Shown here: positions 41,085 through 53,640 of the stretch, piece after piece
Position numbering within the stretch: position 1 is the stretch's first letter
How the letters are laid out: the number at the start of each line of letters is the position of its first letter
Assembly (NCBI RefSeq): GCF_006345805.1
Contig: NC_043003.1
Location: 32,178,001 to 32,242,000 of the forward strand
Length of the DNA: 64,000 bases
Direction: 5' to 3'
Origin: Octopus sinensis
Lineage: Eukaryota
The notes under the pieces: model-generated
Databases searched by the model: none
Seen by the model: the letters and a program-made list of their open reading frames with translations, nothing else
What the model was told of the DNA's origin: nothing
Position numbers and translations under genes: made by a program

Positions 41085-41445
41085 GTTGTGGCTGTGTGGT
41101 AAAAAATCTGGTTCCAAAACACGTGGTCCTCAGTTCAGTCCCACTGTGTGGTAACTTGGCATGTGTCTTCTGCTATAGCCTCAGACCAAACAAAGCCTTG
41201 TCAGTGGATTTTGTAGACAGAAACTGAAAGAAATCACTTGCATGTATATGTATGAATATATGTACGTGGGAGTGGCTGTAGGCGTAGGAATGGATGTGTG
41301 GTAAGTAGCTTGCCTACTAACCACATGGTTCCGGTTTCAGTCCCACTGCGTGGCAGCTTGGGTAAGTGTCTTCTACTATATCCTCGGGCCGACTAAAGCC
41401 TGGTGTGAGTGGATTGGTAGACGGAAACTAAAAGGAGCCCGTCAT
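41085..41445 (+). mobile_element. Two tandem SINE family B 5' halves (41085-41240, 41265-41445)
   Basis: Both carry GTGTGGTAA...TTCAGTCCCACTG.GTGG...TGTCTTCT.CTATA.CCTC...AAAGCC...GTGGATT...AGAC.GAAACT.AAAG. Confidence 0.85.
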
Positions 41446-41901
41446 ATATATATATATATTATATATTATATAGTATATATGTATGATATATATAATATAT
41501 ATATATATATATATAAAATACATATAATATACCACATATACATCACATATATGTATGTATAGAGAGGGAGAAAGAGAGAAAGATGGAGAGATAGAGCGAT
41601 AAATATATAGATAAATATGTCTATATATATACACAAACATACATGTATACATATATATGTGTGTGTGTGTGTGTGCATGATTACATATGCATATATATAT
41701 ATATATATTTCACATATGAAATTCCCATATTCTCCGTATAGATGCCACTTAGTAGTGCTCAAATGATCTAAACTTAGACCCGATGTCTTTACAGGGAATC
41801 ACTCCCAGAGGTAAAGAATGCTATTAGAGGGATGAAATTATGCGGGTATAGAAGCAATTATTAGGATAAGCAAATAAGAGACATCAAATAAATTAAATAT
41901 T

Positions 41902-42520
41902 CGTGGTCTGATCAAAATTACTTGGACTGTTGCCATAGTAACGAGGCGAAAGCACGGTGAGTGAAGTTGCTTAGCACAGACTGACCATGAACTCTGTCGA
42001 GCATGCGCACTAAGATTTAACTTTCTAGCTCACTTCCGCTGTTTATAGCAGTGCTTGGAATGACTGTGTGTAGCCTGTGATCGTCGCATTGACGACCATG
42101 GCAGAGAAAGTTGAGCAGAGAATCTGCATCAAATTTTGTTGAAACCTTGGCGATACCTGCTTAGTGGCCTAAGTTTTCGAAATGTTTTTATCTTTCTTGA
42201 AACAATCACGAGACTTCGCACACTGAAACCCGAGTGTCTTTTTGGTCAGCTGAAAAAGTTTGCGTACAGACAGCGATGTTGAGAGGCTTTTGTGCAGTTA
42301 TCGCTATGACAACTTTCTCTGTCATGGTCAATGCGACGATCACACGTTACACACCTTCCTGCCAAGCACTGCTCTTAACAGCATAAATGAGCTAGAACGT
42401 TAAAATTTCGTGCGCATGCACAGCAGAGTTCAAGGTTAATCTTTGTCGAACGGCCTGTACTCTGCGTACTTTAGCTTCATTACTATGACAACAGTCCGGA
42501 GAATTATTGATCAGATCTCG
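41902..42520. mobile_element. Mariner-derived fold-back made of two 5' ends
   Basis: Ends CGTGGTCTGATCAAAA and TTATTGATCAGATCTCG-TA; arms of about 220 bp; contains the transposase start MAEKVEQRICIKFC. Confidence 0.85.
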
Positions 42521-43024
42521 TATTAAATACATCAAATCCAAAATATGTATATAAGATGAGAAATGGTGTAATTATTAGTATAAATATATATATATATACT
42601 TATATAAATAGGACCAACTTACATAGAGTATAAATGACAATTGTCATTCAACAGCGCCGTTTATTTTCATAGATACTTTGAACGTTGTCGATATATGTTG
42701 TTCTGCGTTTATATTTTGCGATTAATAAGTATTCCATAGTTAATCGGAAAGATTTTTGTGGAATTTTAAAGATTAATATAATGTCATCGACTAATATTAT
42801 ATCACCTTATTTTGTTCTGTGTTGCTCATAATAGTGCATTGAATATTTGTTAATAGCAAATAATAATACTTTTAAAGATCCCTCTCTCACGGTCTTTCTC
42901 TCTGTCAGTCTGTCTGTCTCTCTGTCTCTCTGTCTCTCCCTCAGTTGATACATATATACACACACGCACACACACATGCATACATAAATATGTATATATA
43001 TATATATATATTATATATATTATT

Positions 43025-43184
43025 AAAATTGTAATTTAGGGTTTCTAAGAGATACCTCCACACTGGAAATAGCAGTCAAAACTTGACTCTCAAACCACAT
43101 AAACATTAATGTGGTTTTAGAGTAAAGTTTTGACTGCTATTTCCAACGTGGATGTATCACTTAGGTACCCTAAATTATAACTTT
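43025..43184. repeat. 76-bp-arm palindrome formed by family X sequence
   Basis: Arms 43025-43100 and 43109-43184 have 10 mismatches and an 8-nt loop. The right arm continues as family X to about 43270. Confidence 0.9.
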
Positions 43185-43264
43185 AAATAAATAACTACCT
43201 TTGAAAGGTCTATATTCCCATGCTGGCCACCTGATAAGATCGGTATAAATAAATCGATCTTTCT

Positions 43265-43310
<46 letters not shown>

Positions 43311-43312
<2 letters not shown>

Positions 43313-44548
43313 CCTTGATTTCAGCAAGCCTTTGACAAGGTTGATCATAAGATCCTTCTGAGAAAGCTGTCCAATATTGGTGTCACTGGAAAGCTGCTGC
43401 AGTGGATCGAGTGCTTCCTGTCTAACAGAACCCAACATGTTGTAGTCGAAGGAATCAAATCCAGCCCAGCCAAAGTCAGCAGTGGTGTCCCACAAGGCAC
43501 TGTGTTGGGCCCACTTCTCTTCATCATCTACATAAATGATATTACTGACACCATCAAACACAGTAACATCAGAACCTTCGCTGATGATTCCAAGCTCCAG
43601 AAGGTCATCAATGGCGTGGATGACCGAATAAACATTCAGTCAGACCTACTGGCTGTTGTCCAATGGGCGGAAAAGAATAACATGTTGCTAAATGAAGACA
43701 AATTCGAACTGATCCACTTTGGAAGGGAGGAGGCTCTGAAACTCCCATACTCTCTTTCTTCTGGAGAAATTCTCATGGCATCCAACAACATCAGAGACTT
43801 GGGAGTAACAGTGGACAACAACATAAGCTGGGCTACACATATAAGCAGCAAAGTTGACATGGCCCGCAGAATGTGTTCCTGGATTCTCAGAACCTTCCAG
43901 TCGAGAGATTCCCACGCTATTATCCTTCTCTTCTCCACTTTTGCCCGACCCCACCTTGAATACTGCTGTCCACTGTGGTCTCCCTACACAAAACAAAATA
44001 TTATGAGAATTGAAGTTCCCCAAAGGTCAATCACAAAAAAGATAGCTGGCATGTCAGACCTTGACTACTGGGGTAGACTAGAGAAGCTGAAATTGTATTC
44101 ACTCCAACGACGCCGTGAACGCTACATTATCTGTATGATGTGGAAAATATTCCATCAGCACTGTCCGAGTGATGTTGGCATCACCTTCAAAATACATCCA
44201 AGGCTTGGACCACGTGCCATCCGTCCACAACAAAGATCTAAATCGCATCACATAACGACAATACGGCACAACTATTTCACCTCAATTGGACCCGCTCTCT
44301 TCAACATTACACCAGGACACGTCAAAAAAGAAACTGACCACACAAAATTCAAGAAGTCTTTGGACAAATTCCTTCAAACAGTACCGGACAAACCACCCAC
44401 ACCCGGATATGTCTCCGCAAACAATAACTCTCTGCTCGAATGGGCCTTAGTGCCCAAATCCTGAACTGGAAGACTTCGCCAGGTGGTGCTATTAAGTTAG
44501 ACATGGCCTGGGCCAATACTGGCCAAAACCTTTCTAAGTTATTCTAAG

Positions 44549-44550
<2 letters not shown>
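43311..44550 (+). mobile_element. 5'-truncated CR1-clade LINE with uninterrupted RT/C-terminal frame (43319-44464)
   Basis: AFDKVDH, GVPQGTVLGPLLFIIYIND, FADDSKL, RDLGV, RPHLEYCCPLWSP and LYSLQRRRERY are present. One 1-nt deletion lies in LDFSKAFD at about 43326. Tail is TTCTAAGTT x2; (TA)n on both flanks. Confidence 0.95.
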
Positions 44551-44584
<34 letters not shown>

Positions 44585-44882
44585 GGGTGAATGCATATAT
44601 ATCTAGAAGCAAAACATTCCCTACCAGACGAATACGCAAGATGCAGTGTTTGTGTTCTATACGACTCATTTACATGAATTGAAGTCTACTTCTTGCCATG
44701 TAAATCTTTGTGTAGGTGCGTATATATATATATAATATTATATATATAATATATATATTATATATATATATGCATGTATATATAAATAAATATATATATA
44801 TATATACATATCTATCTATCTATCTCTCTCTCTATATATTATATATATATATATTATATGTATATGATACATCTATCTATAT

Positions 44883-44938
<56 letters not shown>

Positions 44939-44962
44939 ATTATATATATATGTATATATGTG

Positions 44963-44995
<33 letters not shown>

Positions 44996-45528
44996 ATTAA
45001 TATATATATATATACAGATGCTCAGTCTTGTACTCCTATTTGTGTTTGGGTCTACAATTTATGTATGTTGAAGTATTAAGTTATGTTCCTTTGCATGTAT
45101 TCCATATTATTAAGCAATTTGTTGTTCTGTTCGTTTGTAATTACGTTCCGCTAGCATGAAAGCTTACTTGAATTACATTCGTATATGTTATTTCTATTTT
45201 TTGTTTATTTCTGTTCCTTATCCTTTCGTTTTCCGGTGTTTTCCACCTTCCACCATTTGCATCTACTTTCTTGACACCTCTTCACCTATTTTCCCGTATT
45301 ATATCCTCCTGCTTAAGTGTGTATGTGCCACGTCAGCACATCATGGAGAGTGTGTGAAGCCACTAGACGTGTTATAAAACGCTGTCTGACTCGTGTACAT
45401 TGCATGAAACTATTAATAGCTCATAAAAATATTCACCTCTCAAGAAATGGAGCAACATTTTTTGGCTTGACTTACCTTCACAGAACAGTATACTATATGT
45501 ATACCATATATATATATATTATATATAT

Positions 45529-45580
<52 letters not shown>

Positions 45581-45900
45581 ATTTATATATATATAATAAT
45601 ATATATATATATATAAACATACATACATACATACATACATATAACACACAACACATATATATATATATATACATATACACTCACACAAATATATGTCCAT
45701 ATATCTAACTATATATACGAGCATACACACACACACACATATATATATATATGTTTAAACTCTCTCTCTCTCTCTCTATCTCTTTCTCTCTCTATCTCTC
45801 TATCTCTCTCACCCACACATACATGCATATAGATATAGATGGCTGAGTGTGTGTTGTGTGTGTGTGTGTGTGCGCGTGTGTGTGTGGTGTGTGTGTTAGG
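44551..45900. repeat. Extended (TA)n-rich tracts with (CA)/(CT)/(TG) blocks
   Basis: Directly visible at 44551-45015 and 45490-45900. Confidence 0.9.
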
Positions 45901-46407
45901 AGACCGCGTGCATCGTTTCAGTGAAAAGGTTTTCTAAACTGAGGTTTAGTAATAGCAATATGAAATATTTGAAGTTTGACGGGAAGAGGGGAAAGTGTTT
46001 CTGATCAGGAATGCATTCTTGAAGAAGTCCCAAATATGCTGGATATCCGTTACTTCAATAAGCACTTGCAGAAGAAACACTCGAGACATGAAAAATTAAT
46101 GAAATACAAAAAACCCAAAACTAAATATCTCAAACATTTGTGTGTATGAGTTTTGGAAATTTGAGAACTTTACCAATATAGATAGGCATTGTAACCTCTT
46201 TGTCATTTAAGAATTAAAAACGAAATTGTTTCCACCAATCAACTATTGCATAAGTGAAACAATGAAGGACTGTCTTCACTAACTTGTAATCGGAAATTTT
46301 GATCAGTTCTCACAACTTTCAAAATCTACACGTATGATCAGGGGGCTGCCTAAAATGCCAACACGTTAACTTCTTATGTGGCATGAATTTATACCTAAAT
46401 GAATATA

Positions 46408-46946
46408 CGAGGGTGAGTTTAGGACATGTGTAGTTACCAACACAGGAACATGTATCATGCATCAAAATGAAGCTGGTCCTCTGTGGATCACATCCCTACT
46501 TCTCAACATTGTTACCGTTTCTCTCAATAGCAATGTTCCACCTTCGAATGAGAGCATGTATTCCTACCCCGTAAAATTCTGTTGACTGTTCTTTGAGCCA
46601 CTTCTTCACTACAGTTTACATTACCTCGTCACTGGAATAACTTAGTGCTTTCAGACTATCATCTTTTGGGCCCCATGATAGAGAGTTTGAGAGGCAAACA
46701 TTACTCCAGTGACAAGGAAACTGTCGTGAAGAAGTGTCTCAAAGAACCGTTAACAGACTTTTACGGGGCAGGGTACATGCTCTCATTCGAAGGTGGAACA
46801 TTGCTATTGAGAGAAACAGTGACAATGTTGAGAAGTAGGGATGTGATTCACAGAGGACCAGCTTCATTTTGATGCATGATACTGTTCCAGGTTTGGTAAT
46901 TATACCTGTCCTAAACAAAATGGCATTACTTTTTGACTCACCCTCA
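46408..46946. mobile_element. Mariner-derived fold-back made of two 3' ends
   Basis: TA-CGAGGGTGAG at left and CTCACCCTCA-TA at right; arms 46408-46641 and about 46701-46946. The right half encodes SDYHLLGPMIESLRGKHYSSD, the mariner C-terminus. Confidence 0.9.
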
Positions 46947-47189
46947 TATATTGTCATCTGTCAGATGCTCTGGCAGAAATAAAATTAGATATTTGTGGTC
47001 TTGAATAAAGACAAATTTCTACTACATGCATTAAATCAGATTTGATATTAGCAGAAAACAATCAGACATTCACAGGGAGTCAGCCTCAGGCAGTTGCAAA
47101 AATAAAATGATAAATTGCTGGGAATGATAAAAGTTAGTGTCATGTGATTCGAAAGCAACATCTTATCTACGCAGGTTTTTTGTTTGCAG

Positions 47190-47407
47190 TTGTACACCTA
47201 ATCATTTGCTATGTTTCTTAGTGCTATTTTAGAAAACTTGATATTTTAGATATAAAATGAGAAACACTCAATCAAAGTAACTTCAAATTTGTGTAAAATT
47301 TGTACACCTAATCATTTGCTATGTTTCTTAGTGCTATTTTAGAAAACTTGATATTTTAGATATAAATTGAGAAACACTCAATCAAAGTAACTTCAAATGT
47401 GTGTAAA
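47190..47407 (+). repeat. 110-bp tandem duplication (2 copies, 2 substitutions)
   Basis: TGTACACCTAATCATTTGC... starts at 47191 and 47301. Confidence 0.95.
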
Positions 47408-48499
47408 TAGTAGAACAGTGAAGATATTTAAGGCTTTTATGAAAATGTTGTTGTAAGCTAGATACCAAGCATGGTTCTTTCTTAATTAGAAACCAGACCT
47501 TTCCAAGTTATATAAGGGGAAAATATCACATGTACATATAAAAAAAACATGCCTTAACAAATACATCACACACACAAATATCGTAAAGAGTTTAAGTCGT
47601 TGAAATACAAAAGATTAAAAAATAACTGATGAAAAACAGCAACATTACTAACAGAAAAAGTTTCAGTCTTCTCTATTGCGTGGATTCCCAGCCTATGTTA
47701 AGTATATGTGTTCGATAAATTTTTAACACGAGCGCTGCTTCTGATTTATATTTGAATTTATTCCTAAGTAGGCATCGTCAGGGCATACCAGTAGATGGTT
47801 TTTACACTATTTTTACGTATAGTCGTATATTCGTGATTCAGTTTGCCGCTAATTCAGTTTAGGCACATGATGTTATAAGCCCAAACAATGTTCAAACGTC
47901 GATGTCCATCACTTCTGAATTGAATTTAGGGTGCGTTGTGTCACCTTTCTATGACTTTCAGGTATTTTCACGCCCGACGCTTTCAGAAAGTCATCTCCAT
48001 CGCATCGCGCAGCCTACCGGCGAACAGTCGAGTTGCTGATATTGAGTATGTGTGTTCGATAATGTTTAGAAAACCAGCGCTCCTAATTCATATTTAAACA
48101 CATACACACACGCACGAAGACACGCTTAGACACACACAAACACACAACCACATGCATACATACTTATGTATACGCATACATCGACCGCCCCTACCTAAAA
48201 CGAAAACAAATCGGCAGAGGCTTAACATCGATCCAAAATGCCTATAAATGTCGTATCCTATCCCTTCGGCAACATCTTTTAACCACCAAGTGTCGAAGTG
48301 CATCTCTTCACACACACACAGACATACACACACGCATACACACATACATACATACATACATACATACATACATACATACATACAACATACATACATACAT
48401 ACATACATACATACATACATACATACATACATACATACATACATACATACATACATACACACATACTTGCTTACGTACATACATAGAAGAAACAGCGTA

Positions 48500-49585
48500 C
48501 AGCTGTGGAAATTAGCTGCCCAGTGGATGTTAACATAAAGCTGAAGCTCCAACCAAGAGTTCCTTTGCATTTAGGAGAAAGCATGGTAGTCAGGTAAGGT
48601 TAAATAAGGATAATATGGGACGTGTTGTTCAACCAGTAAATTGCTACATTCATGCACAACACTCATTGAAGGCAAGAATTTGTGTGCTTGGTAATTTTCT
48701 TGGTGATACAAACCTCCTTTCGTCACTTTTCCTGAGCGCTTGCTGCTGATAGTCTTTCGTAATTTTATCAGCAAGCTGGCACAGTTCTCGTCATTGACGA
48801 TGTGGTCTTTCTCATGATGGTCAATAAACATAATGCCTGTTGCATCCCAACAAGATGCGTCCATCACTTTTCGCTGAGGATGAAACGACCTTAGCCCTAT
48901 TTCGAGGTGATATGACAGTTTCCACTGCATGGATTGTCTCTGGCACAGTGATGAAACCAATACTAATCCTGATTTCGGAAACGTTCAAGGAAGCCAGCTG
49001 TATGAGGCTCAAACATTGTCAGATTTTCCCGTGATGTAATCAGACTGTTGCGATTCTGATCACGTGTCAGAAGTGACGCCCACCGAGCAGAGACATTCGT
49101 CACACCAAGTTCATTGTGCAAAATATTTTCAACTCGATCAGGCAGCATGGTAATAGTAATGGCTATTTAATTTAGAGTCAGTCGTATGCTATCCATTACC
49201 ATGTCTTGAACACGATCGATGTTTTCTTCGGTCGTGGCTATTCCAGGACGTCCAGGACTATCCCTTCTCTCTTTATATGCAGGTACCCACTTTTACGCTG
49301 TTGATACAGCGGCAGTGTCATCCTCCTAATATAACAACCATGTCACCAGCATTATCTTTGGGGACTGAACTAATTTTGTGCGGGTCCTTGATAACACCAC
49401 GATATAAAATTTTGCTCATTTTGCTACTGGTTACTGGTAAAGGTTTCTTTGAAAATTTAGATGCTAGTTTACCTGGAAACAATGCAGTTATTAATAAATT
49501 TTGATATTAATGTATGCAATATTTCACAGCTCTAGCATCACTCCTTCATAGTCAGCCTATGAACTTTTCAGCCCACTGCCTACAA
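48500..49585 (-). pseudogene. Mariner (DD34D) transposase pseudogene with 5' TIR
   Basis: GRPGIATTEENIDRV, ENILHNELG...VSARW, CWDATGIMFID and YPYLTLPDYH (YSPDLAPSDF-like) occur in order. TIR-like GGGCTGAAAAGTTCATAGGCTGAC near 49555-49578. Confidence 0.9.
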
Positions 49586-49709
49586 GAAAGTTGATATATA
49601 GCGTATGAATTTACATTCAAGAAGCAACATTAAATTCGGTTAATGAATAATTTGTTTATTTACAAGCGGTGACAAAGTAACAAGAATGAGAGAGTAGAGA
49701 GAGAGAGAG

Positions 49710-49750
<41 letters not shown>

Positions 49751-50421
49751 AATAACCATATAAGGCAACAGCGTGATAACAGAGAGAGACTATGTTACTG
49801 ATGTTTGCTTTAATGTTTTTAAATACATAAAATTAGAAAAGAAAACAGAGAAAAGGGGAAGGGTGAGAAATGTAGACGCAGAATGAGCCAACAAAAGACA
49901 ATTTTATACGTTTGCGGTCAAAGAAGACGAGGAAATATATATCTGTACTTCATGAATACTTATCAAAACAATAGCTTCTTTTACATAGTCATATCAATGA
50001 AGCAAGTTACTTTGGAGGCATTAAGATGTTATTATTGTGAATATCCATTCATAGTAGATCGATTAGAAACATATTAATCAAACATTAATAATATGATAAA
50101 AATGAAAGTATATAGAAATATTTTTTTCAATTTCAATATGAAATATCACAAGTTCTTTAGATGTCCACATTTTACTTCTTTCTAAAAGTTTTTGCATATA
50201 TACATATATGCATAGTATCATATTTTGAATGAGTTACCTGTCTACCTTATGTACAACGATGAAGACAAATTTATGCTTATAAAAAAATAAGTGTAGATTT
50301 AGAGGTTCGTTTGAGTGGATAAATGTTGGTATGTGCTCAATTACAATCAAATGTATTGACTACAGAGGATTATGATTTTAATTTTCGTACATTAAAATTG
50401 AATATGTGTGAAGTTTTATGA

Positions 50422-50606
50422 CGCAGGTGTAGTTTTGTGGTAATAAACTTGCTTCACAACCACATAGTTCCAGGTTCAGTTCCAATGCGTGCCACGTTGG
50501 GCGAGTGTCTTTTGCTATAGCCGCGGGCGACCTTAGCCTTGTGAGTGGATTTGGTAGATGGAAATTGAAAGTAGCCCGGCCGTACTTATATATGTATGTA
50601 TGTATG

Positions 50607-50642
<36 letters not shown>

Positions 50643-50842
50643 CGTGATCACTGTGACCGACCAGGCTATCAGATGTTGCTACACATCGCTGAGCACAATG
50701 CGCTTCGCATTGTTTTAGCCTTCAAATCACGCCACCCCGCTTGTTAGGCGCGCAGGCCGCAGGCATATATATATAAACACACACACACACATCACACACA
50801 CACACACACACCACACACACACACACAGATACTATAATTATA

Positions 50843-50888
<46 letters not shown>

Positions 50889-50989
50889 CCTCCTTCTTCC
50901 GCTCTTTCTGACAATAATACTATATTGTTCCACGTCCTCGCGTTTGTTGTGTACATATATATATATATATCTATATATTCTATATAATA

Positions 50990-51043
<54 letters not shown>

Positions 51044-51275
51044 TGTATGTGTGTGTGTGCATTTGTGTGTCGGTGTCAGTGCCCCATCACTGCTTGACAA
51101 CCGACATTGGTGTGCTTATGGCTCCGTAACATAGCGGGTTTCGTCAAAAGAGACCGGTAGAATAAATAGAAAGCTTAAGAAACATAAAAAGTACTCATTC
51201 GATTCATTCTTCCAAAACTCTTCCAGGCGGTGGGCCAGCACAGATGCAGTATAATGACTGTAACAAGTAAATGAA
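50422..51275 (+). mobile_element. SINE family B with foreign fragments nested in its internal microsatellite
   Basis: Head 50422-50585 and tail 51060-51275; inserts at 50640-50765 and 50885-50950 (the latter homologous to family P at 23390-23455). Confidence 0.75.
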
Positions 51276-52508
51276 CAAAAGAATGTAATATTCAATTTTA
51301 AGATTGAAAAGCTTGTGTTATTTCTCATTAAGATAGGAGTGTTTCAAGAAATGCAGAATAGAAACTTCAACTACAATTGCGATACTGAGTTAAACGGCGG
51401 ATTATACCAAATTATACCAAATGATTAAGTTTTTTCAATATTTACCAGGATAATTTTAAATTACACTTTTTCTATGTAGTTGCATGTTCAACTGCTACTA
51501 CATAATTAAGTATTGAGTTGAAAATCTATATATTATAAAATAAGTTAGCGAGAACTAGAGATATATTTTTAACTTGTTTTTCAGAAGTAACATGGATCAT
51601 CTTGAGGATACCATCTCTAGACTGAGTATGAAGATTATTTGATAATATCAGAAAAATAAACAGATGCATCATCATGATATAAATCTATGGAGATGCGTAT
51701 GAATCAGATGCAATTAAAAGTGTATCTTGTATAAACTGTGAACTTTGCGAGCCTCTTCTAATCCATTTGAATCTATACAAACAGCTAAGAGTATATTAGT
51801 GTACTTGCTAATTAAAATGCAATGACTGATCTCCAAAGAATTGAAATTCTCTTGCGTGTAGAATGATGTGTATGAGTTCTTAACAATTATAAAGTAAAGT
51901 TAATATAAGAGATGTTTTATGAATAAGATCTGTGGTGCTCGTGTAGCTGTTTTCTATGAAACATGCGTTAGTGTTGGAATATTTTTATTTCTGAATTTTT
52001 ACTATCTTATTAATTTAGAACTGAGGTAGACACAGCATACTCCACAAAATGTTATGTATTTCAAACATACATTCTTCTCCCATGCAGTATTCTTTTATCA
52101 TAATTCTTTTTTTACATAATGTTCTTTCTGCATAATTTTTTACAGGTTCGCCACAAATCTTTTCCATCCTTTAGGCAATTCATATTACTTACGTTCCATG
52201 TTTGAAAATAACTATCAATTTTCAGCAATACATACAACGTCACGTTACTGAGGTATTTAATCCATTATTTGCTAAAAGTTTTACGCTTTAGTACACAGAA
52301 GATTTTTATATTAGACTCTGTGCGTGTTTCTGTGTTTCTGTGCATGTGCGCCCCCCCCCCCACATATACATATACATAGTTGTATGTACATATATATATA
52401 TACATTTATATATATATATATTCTTTTATTCTTTTACTTCTTTCACTCATTTGACTGCGGCCATGCAGGAGCACAAGAGATCACAAGAGATCAACAGAAC
52501 ACTGACAT

Positions 52509-52593
<85 letters not shown>

Positions 52594-53309
52594 TGTTTAT
52601 ATATCACTAACTAGCAAATGAAAGAAGACAAAATGCAGGTTGTAACTAAATAAAAATAAAACGTATTTCAATTGAAAATTTGAAAATGTCTCAAAGCCGA
52701 AGTGATTTTTGCATTAATATCGATTTAGGTGCACACCTCATTCAATTTCTATTTTTTACTTTATTTTATTTTCCTTCATTTCAATAGTCTTGTTCTATCG
52801 TTTATGATCTGTAAGAGTAAGAGAAAAAAAAGATCAATAACTTTAATGCAAGTGTACTTGTATTAAAATAAATGGCAATATGTGACGTCAATTTCTTTAA
52901 ATACGCCCTTTCAATGACATTAACAAAAAATCCACTCTCTAGTTGTATCTATTTTATATTGATTATAAAGCAATAATTACGCGTTGTTATTAATCATTAA
53001 GAGAAAGTCGAGTGCATTCGAGTGGTGGTGTGTACTGTAGCTCACTTAATAACGGAGATATAAATGACATCATTTTCATTTTTATTTCGCCTCCCAACAT
53101 TTCAAGTGGTTTTTACAAGACAGATAAAAGAAGGCGGGGTATGATGTCATTGTTTACTTTACAAGGAATAGTAGCCATACCGCGTCGAATAATATGCTAT
53201 AGTACCAGCTCAACAGAGGAAAAATCGTGAAAATGGATAATATATCGCTATGTAGGTTAGGGCTTTGATCCGTTCTTATAACACTTGTCAGCAGCCAATT
53301 TTCATCAAG

Positions 53310-53315
53310 GATATT

Positions 53316-53362
<47 letters not shown>

Positions 53363-53640
53363 ATCATCATCATCGTTTAACGTCCGTTTTCCGCGCTATC
53401 ACGGGTCGGACGGTTCGAACGGGGTCTGGGAAGCCAGGGGCTGCACCAGGCTCCAGTCTGATCTGGCAGAGTTTCTACAGCTGGATGCTCTTCCTAACGC
53501 CAACCACTCCGCGAGTGTAGTGGGTGCTTTTTACGTGCCACCTGCACAGGTGCCAGGGAGGTCCGGCATCGGCCACGATCGGTTGGAGCTTTTAACGTGC
53601 CACCGGCACGGAAGCAAGCCAAAGCGGCGCTGGCGACGTG
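53310..53640 (-). mobile_element. SINE 3' portion with (GAT)n tail
   Basis: Reverse strand carries GGTTGGCGTTAGGAAGAGCATCCAGCTGTAGAAAC and ends GGACGTTAAACGATGATGATG. Confidence 0.8.

Noticed and set aside
51587-51895. Strong acceptor TTTTTCAG followed by protein-like text
   Set aside because: All frames close within about 20 codons; no recognisable product.
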